Shown in pieces: positions 51,340 to 64,000 of a DNA stretch of 64,000 bases. The number at the start of each line of letters is the position of its first letter. Within the stretch, counting starts at the first letter, position 1. The stretch is from the NCBI RefSeq assembly GCF_006345805.1, contig NC_043013.1, positions 55,490,001 through 55,554,000 of the forward strand, written 5' to 3'. The notes under the pieces were generated by a model. The model saw only the letters and a program-made list of their open reading frames with translations. It did no database searches and had not been told where the DNA came from. The DNA is from Octopus sinensis (lineage: Eukaryota). The translations under genes were made by a program, and so were the position numbers.

Positions 51340-51860
51340 CTTAAAGTAGTAGAAATTCTTCCTATGGACGAGAGAAAGTACATCCCAAAGATAAAACTTA
51401 GTAAAATAACTACAATAAACAATAGAAACCTGACTATTACAGACTTAATGAAACCTTTACAAACATAAATATAACCATTTTAATAAAAATAATTCATGTA
51501 AAGGCTGCTGTAGTTATGAAAAAAGGTTGGTACTCATTCAGCTCAACTCAGAGGAAAAACAAAACCCAAACAATATACAAAAAATATAAGAAAAGATACC
51601 TCAATCAATATGAAATCAAAGACAAAATAGCAAAATCAAAAATATACCCAAAAATCAAAAAAGCTTAAAACAAGAGAAACTAGTTGAATGTAAAGAATCC
51701 ATTGGTCTAAAAGTCGATAGCAATTCTTTAAATAGAACAAACAGTTGGACTCCAACTCAAAACAATTTTATCAAAAACTTGGAGAAAATATCATAGAAAT
51801 CAATGCAACACCAAGTTGCAAGAGAAGTAGATGAATTCTTGGGGATGGGCAGGAAAGGAA
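51340..51860 (+). mobile_element. R4/Dong-like internal fragment, very decayed
   Basis: ERKYIPKIK...NIT.LIKIIHVKAAVV and a later REVDEFLG resemble the pre-RT region of 36000-36420. Confidence 0.4.
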
Positions 51861-54300
51861 CCACCACAAAAAAACAGTCACTAAACAATCACGGAAAGCC
51901 ATAACAACACAAGATATATCCTGGATGCTACTGCTGGGAATGTTTCCTTTTGAGATAGATGTGTGCCATTAGCTGAGTGAAGAAATCTATTTTGCACCCA
52001 CAAATCCTCCAGGAAACCACCGTCGAAACAGGCAATTTTGTTCTTTGCACAACTCCACCCCCTCCATTATATCTCAGCTGTCATTATCAGTTCTTCACAA
52101 AGCTCTTTTCTTCCTAGATCATCCACAGTTCATCAATATAGCTATTAAAGTCCACTACTAATATCAAATAGTGGAGAAAATGCTGCTTGAAAAGCTCACA
52201 CATGTATCTAGAATTGAAAAGCCCATAATAACCATCATGGTCTGAGAAAAATCTAACTGTAGATTTGTTATCTCATCTCTGTCACATGGGGCCATCAAAA
52301 AGCTTTCAAGCCTTCCTTTGTAAGAGTACACACTCTGATAAAGCACCTTTCATACTTTGCATTGAAGAAGTGGCCCAATGTCATTTTACCACTGACACAT
52401 CGGCCATGATACCTTTTCTAATTATCTTATCTAATCTATTGATTAGCTCCTTCTTTAATCTGTAGTTTTATTTTGCTTATTTATTGCTATATCTTTTTAA
52501 TTCTGTTCCATTAGCTCTCTCTTCAGAAAAAACTTATCTGTAACCATTCATTGATGATTGCCTCTGTTAATTCCCAGTTTACTAGTTCACTAATTCAGTT
52601 GTATTAATGGCAACACTGTCACTAATTCAGAAAACTTGAGTATGTTTCAATCTCTGAAGATTTGACAATGCAGTTTGATTATATATTTTACATCATGTAA
52701 CTAATAATCAGGTTTTGTTAATGAAATGCATGTAACTAAATATACTAAAATCATACTCTTCTGGTCTTGTTTTGTTTTCTGTATAGACACACCAGCTGTG
52801 GATTTCAGTCAAACGAAAACACTGTAATATAATCCTTCTCACAGTTTCCCTTCAAACATACACAAACACATAAATCTCTAAATTCCAGTCACCTATCATG
52901 CTATTTAAAATTTAAATTGCAATGTGTATGCATACACACACACACATCACCATCATCATCATCATTGACATCATTTTACTGTTCAGTTTTCTATGGGATT
53001 AATTAAAGCAGATTTTCTATGGTAGGATGCTCTTTCTGTCACTGATTCTCACCTGTTACAAAGCAAGGTAATGTTTTTTTCCATGGCCAGACATGTTTAT
53101 CACAGAAGATTGTAGATGAACAATGCTTATTCACAATCATTTCATAATGTCAAGACAAGGAAACCACCCCCTCCATCCACACACACACACACATAAACAC
53201 ATACATACATTTATATGATGGCTTCATTCAATTCCCATCTGCCAAATCCACTCAAGAATTTGGTTGACCTGGAATAATGGAAGAAGACATTTGCCCACAC
53301 ACACCTTGGGCAAATGCATGTATTGTGGTTCCAAGTCAATGTAACCCATTCTAATGAATTTCAGTTGAAGTAGACTTCAAAGACCCATCACATGGCTGAA
53401 TCTAACTTAGTCACTTTGCTTCTACTTGATAATTGCGTAAAGGGTTCACATGTTCGTGGATTAGATAAGACTCAGCCAGTTCATCCAGTTATCGAGAGTC
53501 CATCATATATATTGGATAGGCTTCCACACAGTTTCCATTGCCACTTAGCAAATTTAATACACATAGCATTGGTCAACTTAGTGGTGCAGTAGAAAGCACT
53601 TGACCCAGGGGCTACACAGCATTAATCACTCATTTGCAGAACAGGCTTCTAATCACACACCTGTGCCTTTCATACAGATTTTATAGCAGTTCAGGTGTTT
53701 GGATTAAGATCTGTTAAGAGAAATATTCAGAAATATCTGGGTTGATGGAAAAAATAACCATATTGATATAATTGTGTTTAAGACTGATATTTTCAAAATA
53801 GTTGCACGAATATAATTCTGATTTCAACAAGTTTAGAAGCTTTGTGCAGCCATTGTTGAATTTCACCTGATTCGTGATAAACTCTGACTGAAATCATATA
53901 AATGAGCTGATTAGATAGATTGTCTTCAGTTAAGAGATCTTACATAATTCAAATACTGAAGCTGACATATAAATATCAGATCAATATGAAATGATATGTC
54001 TTTAATTACGATTTATTTATTTATACATTGTTAATTTATTTGATATAAACTTTTCTTAATATGTTGGGAAAGAAGTGGCGGGGGTGTGTGTGTGACCTGA
54101 CAGAAATGTGATAAGCAGTTTGGGAATTAAAAACAGAATATTTTGTTTCCAAGAAGGAGCTGAAATAAAAAATAAAGACTGGGTTAAGGAAAAACTGAAG
54201 AATGTTTACTTTAAACTAGTTTTAGAGGCTAAGAAAATAGCTAATTATGATGTTTATGCAATATATTCTCTAACCCAAGTAAGTATGGGGGAGTAGGCAC

Positions 54301-54351
<51 letters not shown>

Positions 54352-56152
54352 AGTAGTGTAGAGAGAAAAGTGGTACATGATCATTTGCGTGAAATATTGA
54401 AGCAAATGTCGTAATTAGAGAAAGAAAACTTGAAACAGACTGAGTAACAGTAGCCTGGTTTTATGTAATTCCATTATAAAGATTACCATTAAAGAATTCT
54501 GCAATCAGTGACATCATCACCAGCATCATTTCTGTTATCGTCATCGTTGGATACAACTAAAATGGCATTACATATATGGGATAGAGGCAGTAAGAATGAA
54601 GAGGAGGATGATGACAACGGCAATGATGATGGAGTAGCAGTAATGAAGATAGTGACAGAGGAGTAAATAAAAGGTGATGCTGAAGATAAACAAAATGGTA
54701 GAAAAAATTACATTGTGATTTTTTGATTAAGAAACAGTGTTTTTTTCTTTTCCTTCGATATATGTCAAACTGCTGTACTCCAGAGATGAGTTACTTATCA
54801 AACTAGCAGACATTGATGGGACAATTTGGTCAAATCATCTTTATTGTTTCTTATTTTTATTGTAATTTCATTTGTAAGAGTCCAGGCCATTTTAGTTAAA
54901 GATTGAACTCTTGACTTTTACAAAATCATATTATCCACTGTAGACAACGGACATGATGGATAAGACTGTTAAAGTGAAAACAATTAGTTTTATTTGAGAA
55001 AAATATTGGTGGTTCTGCCATCTGAAATATCTTGGCTGGAAAAATTGAAAAATGGCCAACAAAATGTTTTTGATTAATCGAGTAAATGGTACAACAACAT
55101 TTACATGTAAAAACTCCTTCAGTCAACAATTATGTGATTTTTGTGGTTGAGCTTTTACATTGTTGTTTGACCTGCTATAAATAGCAGCCAAATCTCTTTT
55201 CACATTATCCCATTATAGTTTATCAGAAAAATAGAAGGAAATATCAAGTAATGATGAACTTGGGTCAATAGAAAGAAGATGGGATTATCACAGTAGAGAG
55301 GTTTCTTGATTACACAGAAATTTACTCTATTTGAGCCAACCTGGGGCTATACAATATCACCGTAGATCTAGTGAGCCAATAATGAGGATTTTATGCAGTT
55401 ATTCAGTGCTCAAGAAGAAGCAGTCAAAGCCTATTCTTTCTTTCTTTCTTTCTTTCTCTCTCTCTCTCTCTTTCTCTCTCCCCCTCTCTACTATTTTGGG
55501 AAAGAAAGGGGGAAAAAGGAAGAAGGATCTGGAAAATGTAAGTACAACATGTAAATCTAGTGATGAATGTAGCAAAGCATCAGATGTCAAAGATATCAAA
55601 TAATATTTGTTTGAGTTGATGCAAACAATAAAAACAGCAATTTCATCAAAGCTTGCAAGGAATTTTCAAAGCTTGCTATAAACAAGGAAATAAATTAATC
55701 TCATAAAACTATATTAACAGAATGTACCAACTCATTTTAGAGCTATGAGGCCGTATGAAAAACGTCTGATGGAGAACTGAACAAAATACCTTGTAATATT
55801 TGCTCTGCTCTTTAACGTTTTGAGTTCAAATCTTTCCCAGGTCAACACACCTTTTCATCTTCCTAGGTTTGATAAAAGAAAGTCAATACAATCAACTGCC
55901 TCTACACCAAATTTCTGTGACAAATTATTGAAGTAATGAAGAGAAAAATGGGTAATGGAAGAATCAAAGAGTGAGTTAATTGTTCTTGCACTGAATTAAG
56001 GCAATGGATTGGTAAGATTCTTCAGAGTGATAGAAAAAATGACGTGATATAGTGTTATGGGTTTTAGCAGTTTGAGTTCAAATTCCACCAAGGCTAAAGA
56101 TGCTTTTCATCTATCCAGGATCAAAAATATAAAATATCAAATATCAAAAGTC

Positions 56153-56245
<93 letters not shown>

Positions 56246-56337
56246 AATATATGCACGCACACACACACACACATATATATATATATGTGTGTGTGTGTTT
56301 GTGTGTGTGTTTATGTATGTATATATATACATATATA

Positions 56338-57110
56338 CATGGTGTGGTGAATAAACTGTCATCTAAATTACACAAAAATGAAAATAACATTGACATTTCA
56401 TTTTAACAGATATATTCACCAAAACTACACAAAAATTCTTGAAATACTGAAAAGTAAATTTTTTCAGTAAAATCGCCATTAGCTTCAACCATGGCCTCCA
56501 GACAACTTCAGAATCTCCTGCAACTCTTCTGGATGGTCTCCTTATTTAAGTTGGTGAATGCTGTCATAATCTTTGCCTTCAGTTCCTCTTTGATGTTACA
56601 AGGAGTTTAGATGGTTTCTCACTCAACTGCACCCCACACTTAATAATGAAGAGGGTTGCAGTGTGGGGAGTTAGGTTGCCAGATGTTAGGGGTCATGGGG
56701 TCGCAGAAATTGTCTGACAGCCATGACTGGGTTCTCCTACTTGTGTAGCATGGTCCAGAGTCCTGTTGCCAGACATATTATCTTCCATTAACCACCCTCT
56801 TGACCCAGGGCAGCACTACCTCCTCCAAGCATTTGATGTACACCTGTGTTGAGTGAGAGGCCATGTGGGAAGATGAATGGAAGCATAACATTGCCATCAC
56901 TAGTGATCACACCAAACACCATGATGTTGACTAAACGTCTGATTTTTATCAAACATCCAGTAATTGAAATGTCTGAGTGAATTGTGTCATGGTGCTGTTT
57001 TCTCACTAATGGTGTCCAAATGTCCCTAATATACTGTGTAGTTGACAAAATCAAAAACAAACAATGTGCATGCATGAAATTAATTATACCTAAAATCTCC
57101 AAGAAGTTAA
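56338..57110 (-). mobile_element. Third internally deleted DD37D (maT-type) element
   Basis: LVNIMVFGVITSDGNVMLPFIFPHGL. The 3' end catggtgtggtgaataaactgtcatctaaattacac matches the 3' TIR region of the 19091 copy and is preceded by TA. Confidence 0.82.
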
Positions 57111-58948
57111 TGAGATAGACAAAGAACATGCTGTCTTACTCCAGTTTAGAAGTTACTGGATTTTCAAGAAGATATACATTGCTTCAGACTTTGCCTGTCA
57201 CTGATGTTTTGTTTTATGGGGTCAGTTTTAATTTATAGACTAGTTTATCAAATCCCTTGTATATCTAAGGCTGAGAGAATAGAGGGCAGTATATGTTAGG
57301 GGTAGGGCAGAGGGAGCAGACAGACATCATATGATGTTTTGATCAACATGAGTCCATGATGGAAGATATGATAGCATTGAAATTGAACATAAATCCTTGT
57401 GGATACGAACGGAACATTTTAACTTCATAAATATAGCTGCAATCATACCCAGTTGAAAATTTTCACCTCAAAATAAGTTAAAGGCAAAATAAAACTTCAG
57501 AAAAATCATCTGAAAACTAGTTTAAAGTAAAAGAGAAGTGTAATAAACATTATAATGGATGAAATAATGCAAAACATGCAGATGAATTGATTTAAGAAGA
57601 AATTGAGAAACAGGGAATAGAGAAAAGTTTTAGATAAGGAGAATTTAAAGGTAAGCTCATACGAAAAAATTAGAAAAGTCAAGCAAGCATATCTGGAAAC
57701 GGACATAGCTGTTATGATTAAAAATAGTTCAAACAATAGAATAAATTTTGTGCTGTGAGGAAGAAAAGAAACTCAATGTTGCAGATGCATGTTTTCGAAG
57801 AAAGAGAAAAAAGAAGTTTCTTTCATTTAATGTCCGTTTTTCCATGCTTGCGTGGGTTTGTTTGGAGAGTTATTTGAGGTAGGATTTCATGGCTGGATGC
57901 TCTTCCTGTCACCAACCTCTACCTGTTTTTCAAGTAAGGGATTTCTTTACTGCAGAACTCTTTGAAAGGGTAGAGCAAAACATGTCAGAAGATCCAAAGG
58001 AAATATTATCTTGTTTGGAAAACAAAGAAGTGTTGGCAAGAATAAGAACACCTAGCCAATGAAAATCTGCCTCAACCAATTACATCTGACCAATGTAACA
58101 ATTAAGAAGTGGAGATTAAAATACTAATGAGGAAAATGATAATGAAGCTGGTATATATATATATATGAGTGTGTATGTATGTGTGTGCGTGTGCATGTAT
58201 GTCTAAATTAAATGTCTTTTTTAAGTGATGCCAAATGGTTTCCTTTTCCACTTATACTTTAATCTATATCCACCAGCTCAAAGAGAAATCTCTTCTAGCC
58301 ACCTCTGATAGGTGGTCTCAACATCTGTATGTGTGTGTGTGTGTTTCCACAGACGTATATCAGCAAACAATAGGAACACTGACAACAACAACCACGAAAA
58401 GATGAAAAGAGTGCTTTACAAATAAAGCTTCATGCTAATTTTGTTCTGCCCTGATTTAAAAGCACTCCCCTGATATTGTTACTTTGAGAAATGCAGTGAG
58501 CTGAGCCAATGGAAGCCTATAAGCAACAACACTCATTTGGACCAATTGTGAAATAAAATAAAATAAAATAAAATAAATCACTCAATGCCAGTCGAATACT
58601 TTATTAAAATAGAAGTGACAATATAACAAGAAACACATGACTTAATAATAAATAACACCAAAGTTTTATGTGGCTGAGAAAGATGATGAATACAGAGGGG
58701 AGAAGTGACTGAAATATCTGAACCAGTGTGAAAGGGGAAGGCTGAAGATAACATCAAATATTGAGTAAACACATCATAAGTATATTTGGAAAGAGAAAGA
58801 AAAGGGAAGTTTAATTTATTACAAAGTATTTGAAAGTGAAATAAAAATGTATATATAGATTTGTATATATAAATATATAATATATATAATATATAGATAT
58901 GTATGTATAAATATATAATATATATAATATATAGATATGTATGTATAA

Positions 58949-58983
<35 letters not shown>

Positions 58984-61569
58984 TGTATGTAAATATGTGT
59001 GTGTGTATATATATATATATATATGTGGCAAATGAAAGACAGAAGATGGAATATATGAGAATTTATATATATATATATATATATATATTAATGTATATAT
59101 ATATAAAGATATATATTTATAGGAAGCACAAATAACTTACAGTAATGATTGATGAGTTGAAACAAAGGGTACAGTGAAGACAAAATGGCTAAAATTAACA
59201 GATTTTAGTAGCAGAAGAAAATAAATCAATAAAGACGTAATAATATGTTGTACTCTGATCAAAAAATATGAGACTACGAAGAACACAGAATAAATCAAAC
59301 TTGAGAATGGTGAAGTAATGCTGTACACGAAAGATTCCCCATTCATAAGTAAAAAAAAAAAAAAAATGAATAAAAAGACAATAGAAAGAGTAAAGGATGT
59401 GTGGTGTGTGTGCAATGAAGGTCAGCCGGCATAAAACGAATCTTCTGTTTGTTAATAGTTTGAAGGCCATTTGTAAATAATGAAGCTTATATAGTTTAAA
59501 ATGGTGCTTGAGCTTGAATGGGGAAGCTGAAGGAAACTGTGATCGATTTTGGAAGAAAACAAGTAGAGTCTTGTTAATATAATGATGGGAAAATCATGTA
59601 GAAAATGGTGAAGTTAAGATAATGTCAAAGGAAATAAAACAAGTGGGTTATAATGGTTTATAGTAGAGAGATGTTGGGAATGAAAGATGTATCTATGGTG
59701 AAAGAAAAAAATTAGGAATAATCCTCTTTTTGAAATAGTGGATCTTGAAGCATGCAAAAAGCTACAAATAACAGCTTTATGTGTGCTTCGAGATTCAATA
59801 TTAAAAGAAAAAAAGAATTATTTCCTGTTCTCTTAAAAGTTCTTAAAATTCTTATGATTACAGTTTGGTCTCATATGTTACATATCTGTTCTGGTCGTAG
59901 AGAAATAATTATTTCTAATTTAAGCACAAGTGAAATAGTTTTAAAGGGAGGGGCTTAGTCACCCCCAGGGGTTTATTTTAGATACAAAAACAAAGTTGAT
60001 TTCAGTGAGATTTGGATCAAATCATAAAGAGCCAGAATATAGCAATGTGTGTATGTGTTTATGTATGTGTGTGTTTGTGTTTATACTGTGCCTTTTGTGT
60101 CCTGTAAATTAGCAGTTTAGCAAATGGAGATTGATAAAATAAATTGCAGACTGACAGTAGCTTTAGGATCAATATGATCAACTCTTCAAGGTGATGCTCC
60201 AGAATGGCCACAGTACAGAGGATGAAATCAACAAAAGTGTAAAAGAATTCACTGCAGAAAAAAGAAAGCAAAGCTACATTACTTGTAGAAACTGTATGAA
60301 ATGTGAGAATCATTGTTGTGTGGATATGTGTGTAGCAAGGAAGATTTTCAGCTGGAAATGATAAAGGAGAGCAGAATGTTTTAAGTGACGCATATATGCA
60401 CCGAAAAATTAAGGATAATGGAAATAGAAAATTTGCAAGTACAAGAAAATATACGGAATAAAGTGTTTGGTTGGTAATATTTAGAAGACAAAGGAGGAAA
60501 AAGGAAAATAAACAAAAAGCCATAGACATAAATGGTTATCTATAACAGCAAATATAAGTGAATCTGATTGACATGAAAATGTACGGGACGTGGACTGGTG
60601 TATCACATATTTCTATTTAAAGATCAATCCACCTTTACAAGCTTGAATCTACAGGTTAGCCTTATAAATATTTCCAAATAGATAACGAAAGAAAGGGTAA
60701 ATAACATTTAAGTTTCTATAGCAACATGTTTGGAATGCTTAGCACAAACCTAAGGCGTGGTGGTAATCACATTAAGTATTTATGTTCAAAGAACAAACAT
60801 TGCAAGAATAAAAGATGCCAATATCTTGTATGTTTCCTTACAAAAATGTAGAAAGAAAGCCAATCTGTTGTTTGAGCTGCTGTTCACAGAGCAGGAAATG
60901 ACTATCTTAATAAGGATAACAAACCAGAGTATAATAATAACTACAAACACGACTAGTTGAGTATTGCTTGGTTTTTGATGTTAATACTGCTGTGACTGCT
61001 TCCAATATTGATAACATTAGATAAATGAGGTGATATACTTTCATGAGTTTGATCTCTGTGTTCTAATTCCAAAATATGGAAGAATGAAACAAGACATCTA
61101 TATATTTGATCTGACATTGCTTAAAGAAAGATACTCAAAGCATTTCATGAATTTATGAGGATTGGCAAGCTTCTTTCATCTTCCATTCAGCTACAAAAGG
61201 ATTATTGATGTCATTTTGGTTTCATCTGAGTAAATTAGGAGTGAATTCTTACAGAGAAAGAATAATAATTTGAATTGATTTTTCTTCATATACGTCTTTG
61301 AGTAGAGGGAATCTAGTGAAATGATTTCTTGTAGTAACAAGGAATCATTATCGAATTGTTGACAGTAACATTAGAAATAAGTTATGTGCAGATTAAATTC
61401 AGAATTAATTGTGTCAATGTGGAATATATCAAACTGGCTGTGACTATTGTTATCTGGTATAATATGTTAGATTTAATTCACAGAATCTTTGATGCTAGCA
61501 ACCAAAATTGTTTCATTCAGATGAATATTGCACACTCAACTGCTTCACATACATGATAAAAACAATGAA

Positions 61570-61596
61570 GTAATAAATAATAATAACTACAAAAAC

Positions 61597-61643
<47 letters not shown>

Positions 61644-61780
61644 TAATAATAATAATAATAATAATAATAGAAATGATAAAAAAAATAAAAATAAAAATAA
61701 TATAAATCAAAATAATAGTAATAATAATTAATAATAACAACAACAATAATGATGATAATAATAACAATAATAATATGAAA
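61570..61780. repeat. (AAT)n-rich microsatellite
   Basis: Direct reading. Confidence 0.93.
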
Positions 61781-62029
61781 CTAATAATATTAGTTTATTA
61801 CTATTACAAAATTGTTAGAGACAAAGATGTTTCATGTGCAAGTAAAAGAGAATGTTTGAATCAATAATCGCACATTAGTGGTAATTACTTCATCAATCTT
61901 GGAAAAACTAAAGATAAAAAAACAAACAGAAAACAATTACATTAAACGCAACATCATTAGGAATCTAGTCAAGAATTCCATCATCTGCTCCATTCCATAA
62001 TAAGTAAGCAATAATTATTCTTTCTTTTC

Positions 62030-62268
62030 AAAATTTTAGTATACAACGAGTAACTTTGAGGGGAGGGGGCAAGCTGATAACGCTGACCCCAGAACTTGAT
62101 TGATATTTTATTTTATCGACTCCAAAAAGACGAAAGGCAACGTTGATCTTGGTAGGGTTTGAACTTAGCATGTAAAGAACTTGAAGAAATGTCACAAAAC
62201 ATTTTGTCTGATGCTGTGTTAATAATAATAATAATAATGATAATAATAATAATAATAATAATAATAAT

Positions 62269-62314
<46 letters not shown>

Positions 62315-62490
62315 GTAATAATAATAATTATCCTTTCTGCTATAGTAACAAGGTATGGAATTTTGGGGGCAGTTACTCATTTTATCAACCCCGAAAGGAT
62401 GAGAGGCAAAGTGAACCTTGACAATATTTGAATTCAAAATGTAAAGACATATAAAATGTCATGGCATGCTACTGATTCTGTCAGCTTGCT
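62030..62490 (-). mobile_element. Two SINE family B copies separated by (TAA)n (62220-62330)
   Basis: Reverse-complement family B bodies at ~62030-62220 and ~62335-62490. Confidence 0.72.
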
Positions 62491-62544
62491 GTCATATATT
62501 ATTAATAATAATGTGAAAATGGTATGAAGGCCCGACATTTAAAG

Positions 62545-63030
62545 TAGATTGTATTCATAAAGTCTCAAGAGTTAGTTTGAAATCTACTATGATTGGTGCA
62601 CTTGCAACCATCTCAAAGAACACAAACACCTGGCTTGAGAACTTGGAACTAGCAGACAGTATTGGAAGTAGATAAATGGCAGCCTCAATAGGAACCGTGC
62701 ATGGGTTGAGGAAAATGTTATGTCTGTAAGAGGCAGATTGGAGTTGAGAACTGACACAGATAACCCAGAAGAACACCAAAACTAATAAGAATGGCAATAA
62801 CAATGATGTCAATGGACACTGACAACAATAATGGCATTATCCTCAATGATGTGCCCATCTACACAGACAGAAGGATAAAAACTAACAAGCCCGACATTAT
62901 TATCAAGGACAAGAAGGACAGGAGGCATTTACTTAACAGTGCTAAAAGAAACACCTCCTAAAAGTCACAGAGAAACTGACTAGTTAGAAGGATCTGGAGA
63001 TTAAAGTCAACATAACGAAGGGAATATAGT
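62545..63030 (+). mobile_element. Two R4/Dong-like RLE fragments
   Basis: IGALATISKN...LE...MAASIGTVHGLRKML (extreme C-terminus) at 62545-62800, then VPIYTDRRIKTNKPDIIIKDKK (PD motif) at 62830-63030. Confidence 0.65.
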
Positions 63031-63327
63031 GACAACTGCAAAAAACATATTTTATATTGTTATGTATTTTGGGTATTTGTAAGATTCAATAAGTTAATCA
63101 CATATCTTGAGTACATTAGCAACAAATATAGCTATTAAGTCAGATATAAATATAGGTATTTATGTAACTTCAATGTTTATGCAAAATACGCATAAACAAA
63201 TTGCAAAACAAGCAAGGAATGGTTAACAGAAATTAATGTACACACTGTCAACTGAACAGAGAGGATGACAGAAGGATTAGGTGAGGAGGTTGGGTGTGTA
63301 AGTGTCTATGTGAGGGTATGTATGTAA

Positions 63328-63362
<35 letters not shown>

Positions 63363-63372
<10 letters not shown>

Positions 63373-63608
63373 TAAATTAGAGACAAAACCACTATTAGGC
63401 AAATCAAACAATGAAAGACTTAAGCCAATGCATAAATTAATTTATATTATTTAAATATGTAACAATTATTAAAAAATATAATTAATTAATTATATTTTTT
63501 AATAATTGTTACATATTTAAATAATATAAATTAATTTATGCATTGGCTTAAGTCTTTCATTGTTTGATTTGCCTAATAGTGGTTTTGTCTCTAATTTAAT
63601 ATAATATA
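63363..63608. repeat. Perfect 246-bp palindrome with no spacer
   Basis: Every 10-mer block checked pairs exactly around the centre 63485/63486. Confidence 0.97.
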
Positions 63609-63681
63609 ATATTTTACTATAAAATTGGATTCAATCCTAAATCTGATTTTTACCTGTAAGTTTGGATTTATTCCCTAATAT

Positions 63682-63869
<188 letters not shown>

Positions 63870-64000
63870 TGGGTGATCCCATAAATGATGTATCTTTTTT
63901 ATACTTCTTTTATTTTTCAAAATTAAGATAAACAAAGTTCTTTTTTGATTTAAAACATACTCCCCTTCATTTTCTACAATGCTCTCCCATCTATCTGGTA

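Overview
AT-rich, repeat-dense animal genomic DNA, very probably from an octopus. That assignment is inferred from recurring SINE families that I recall from octopus genomes and from dense (TA)n/(CA)n/(TAA)n/(GAT)n microsatellites. I can support no intact host gene; the only hints are a candidate 15-nt microexon and two weak exon candidates on the + strand. Most of the window is decayed mobile DNA: a 5'-truncated RTE LINE (11.1-14.4 kb, -), a near full-length decayed R4/Dong RLE retrotransposon (35.3-39.1 kb, +) with several 3' fragments, an L1/Tx1-like RT fragment, Tc1/mariner remnants (mariner, DD37D maT-type x3, DD41D rosa-type) and many SINE copies. The most unusual signal is a young 841-bp partial-tandem element in a (TA)n tract (30.5-31.7 kb). 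Its two 322-bp repeats look identical, and each carries the hammerhead core nucleotides (AUC, GAAA, CUGAAGA) with exact-register stems I and III, but in a non-circularly permuted order. Also notable: a tRNA-headed SINE with a hammerhead-core tail, a perfect spacer-less 246-bp palindrome, a fold-back element, and an RTE fragment flanked by a ~144-bp duplication. Most SINE and fragment boundaries are approximate (by eye).
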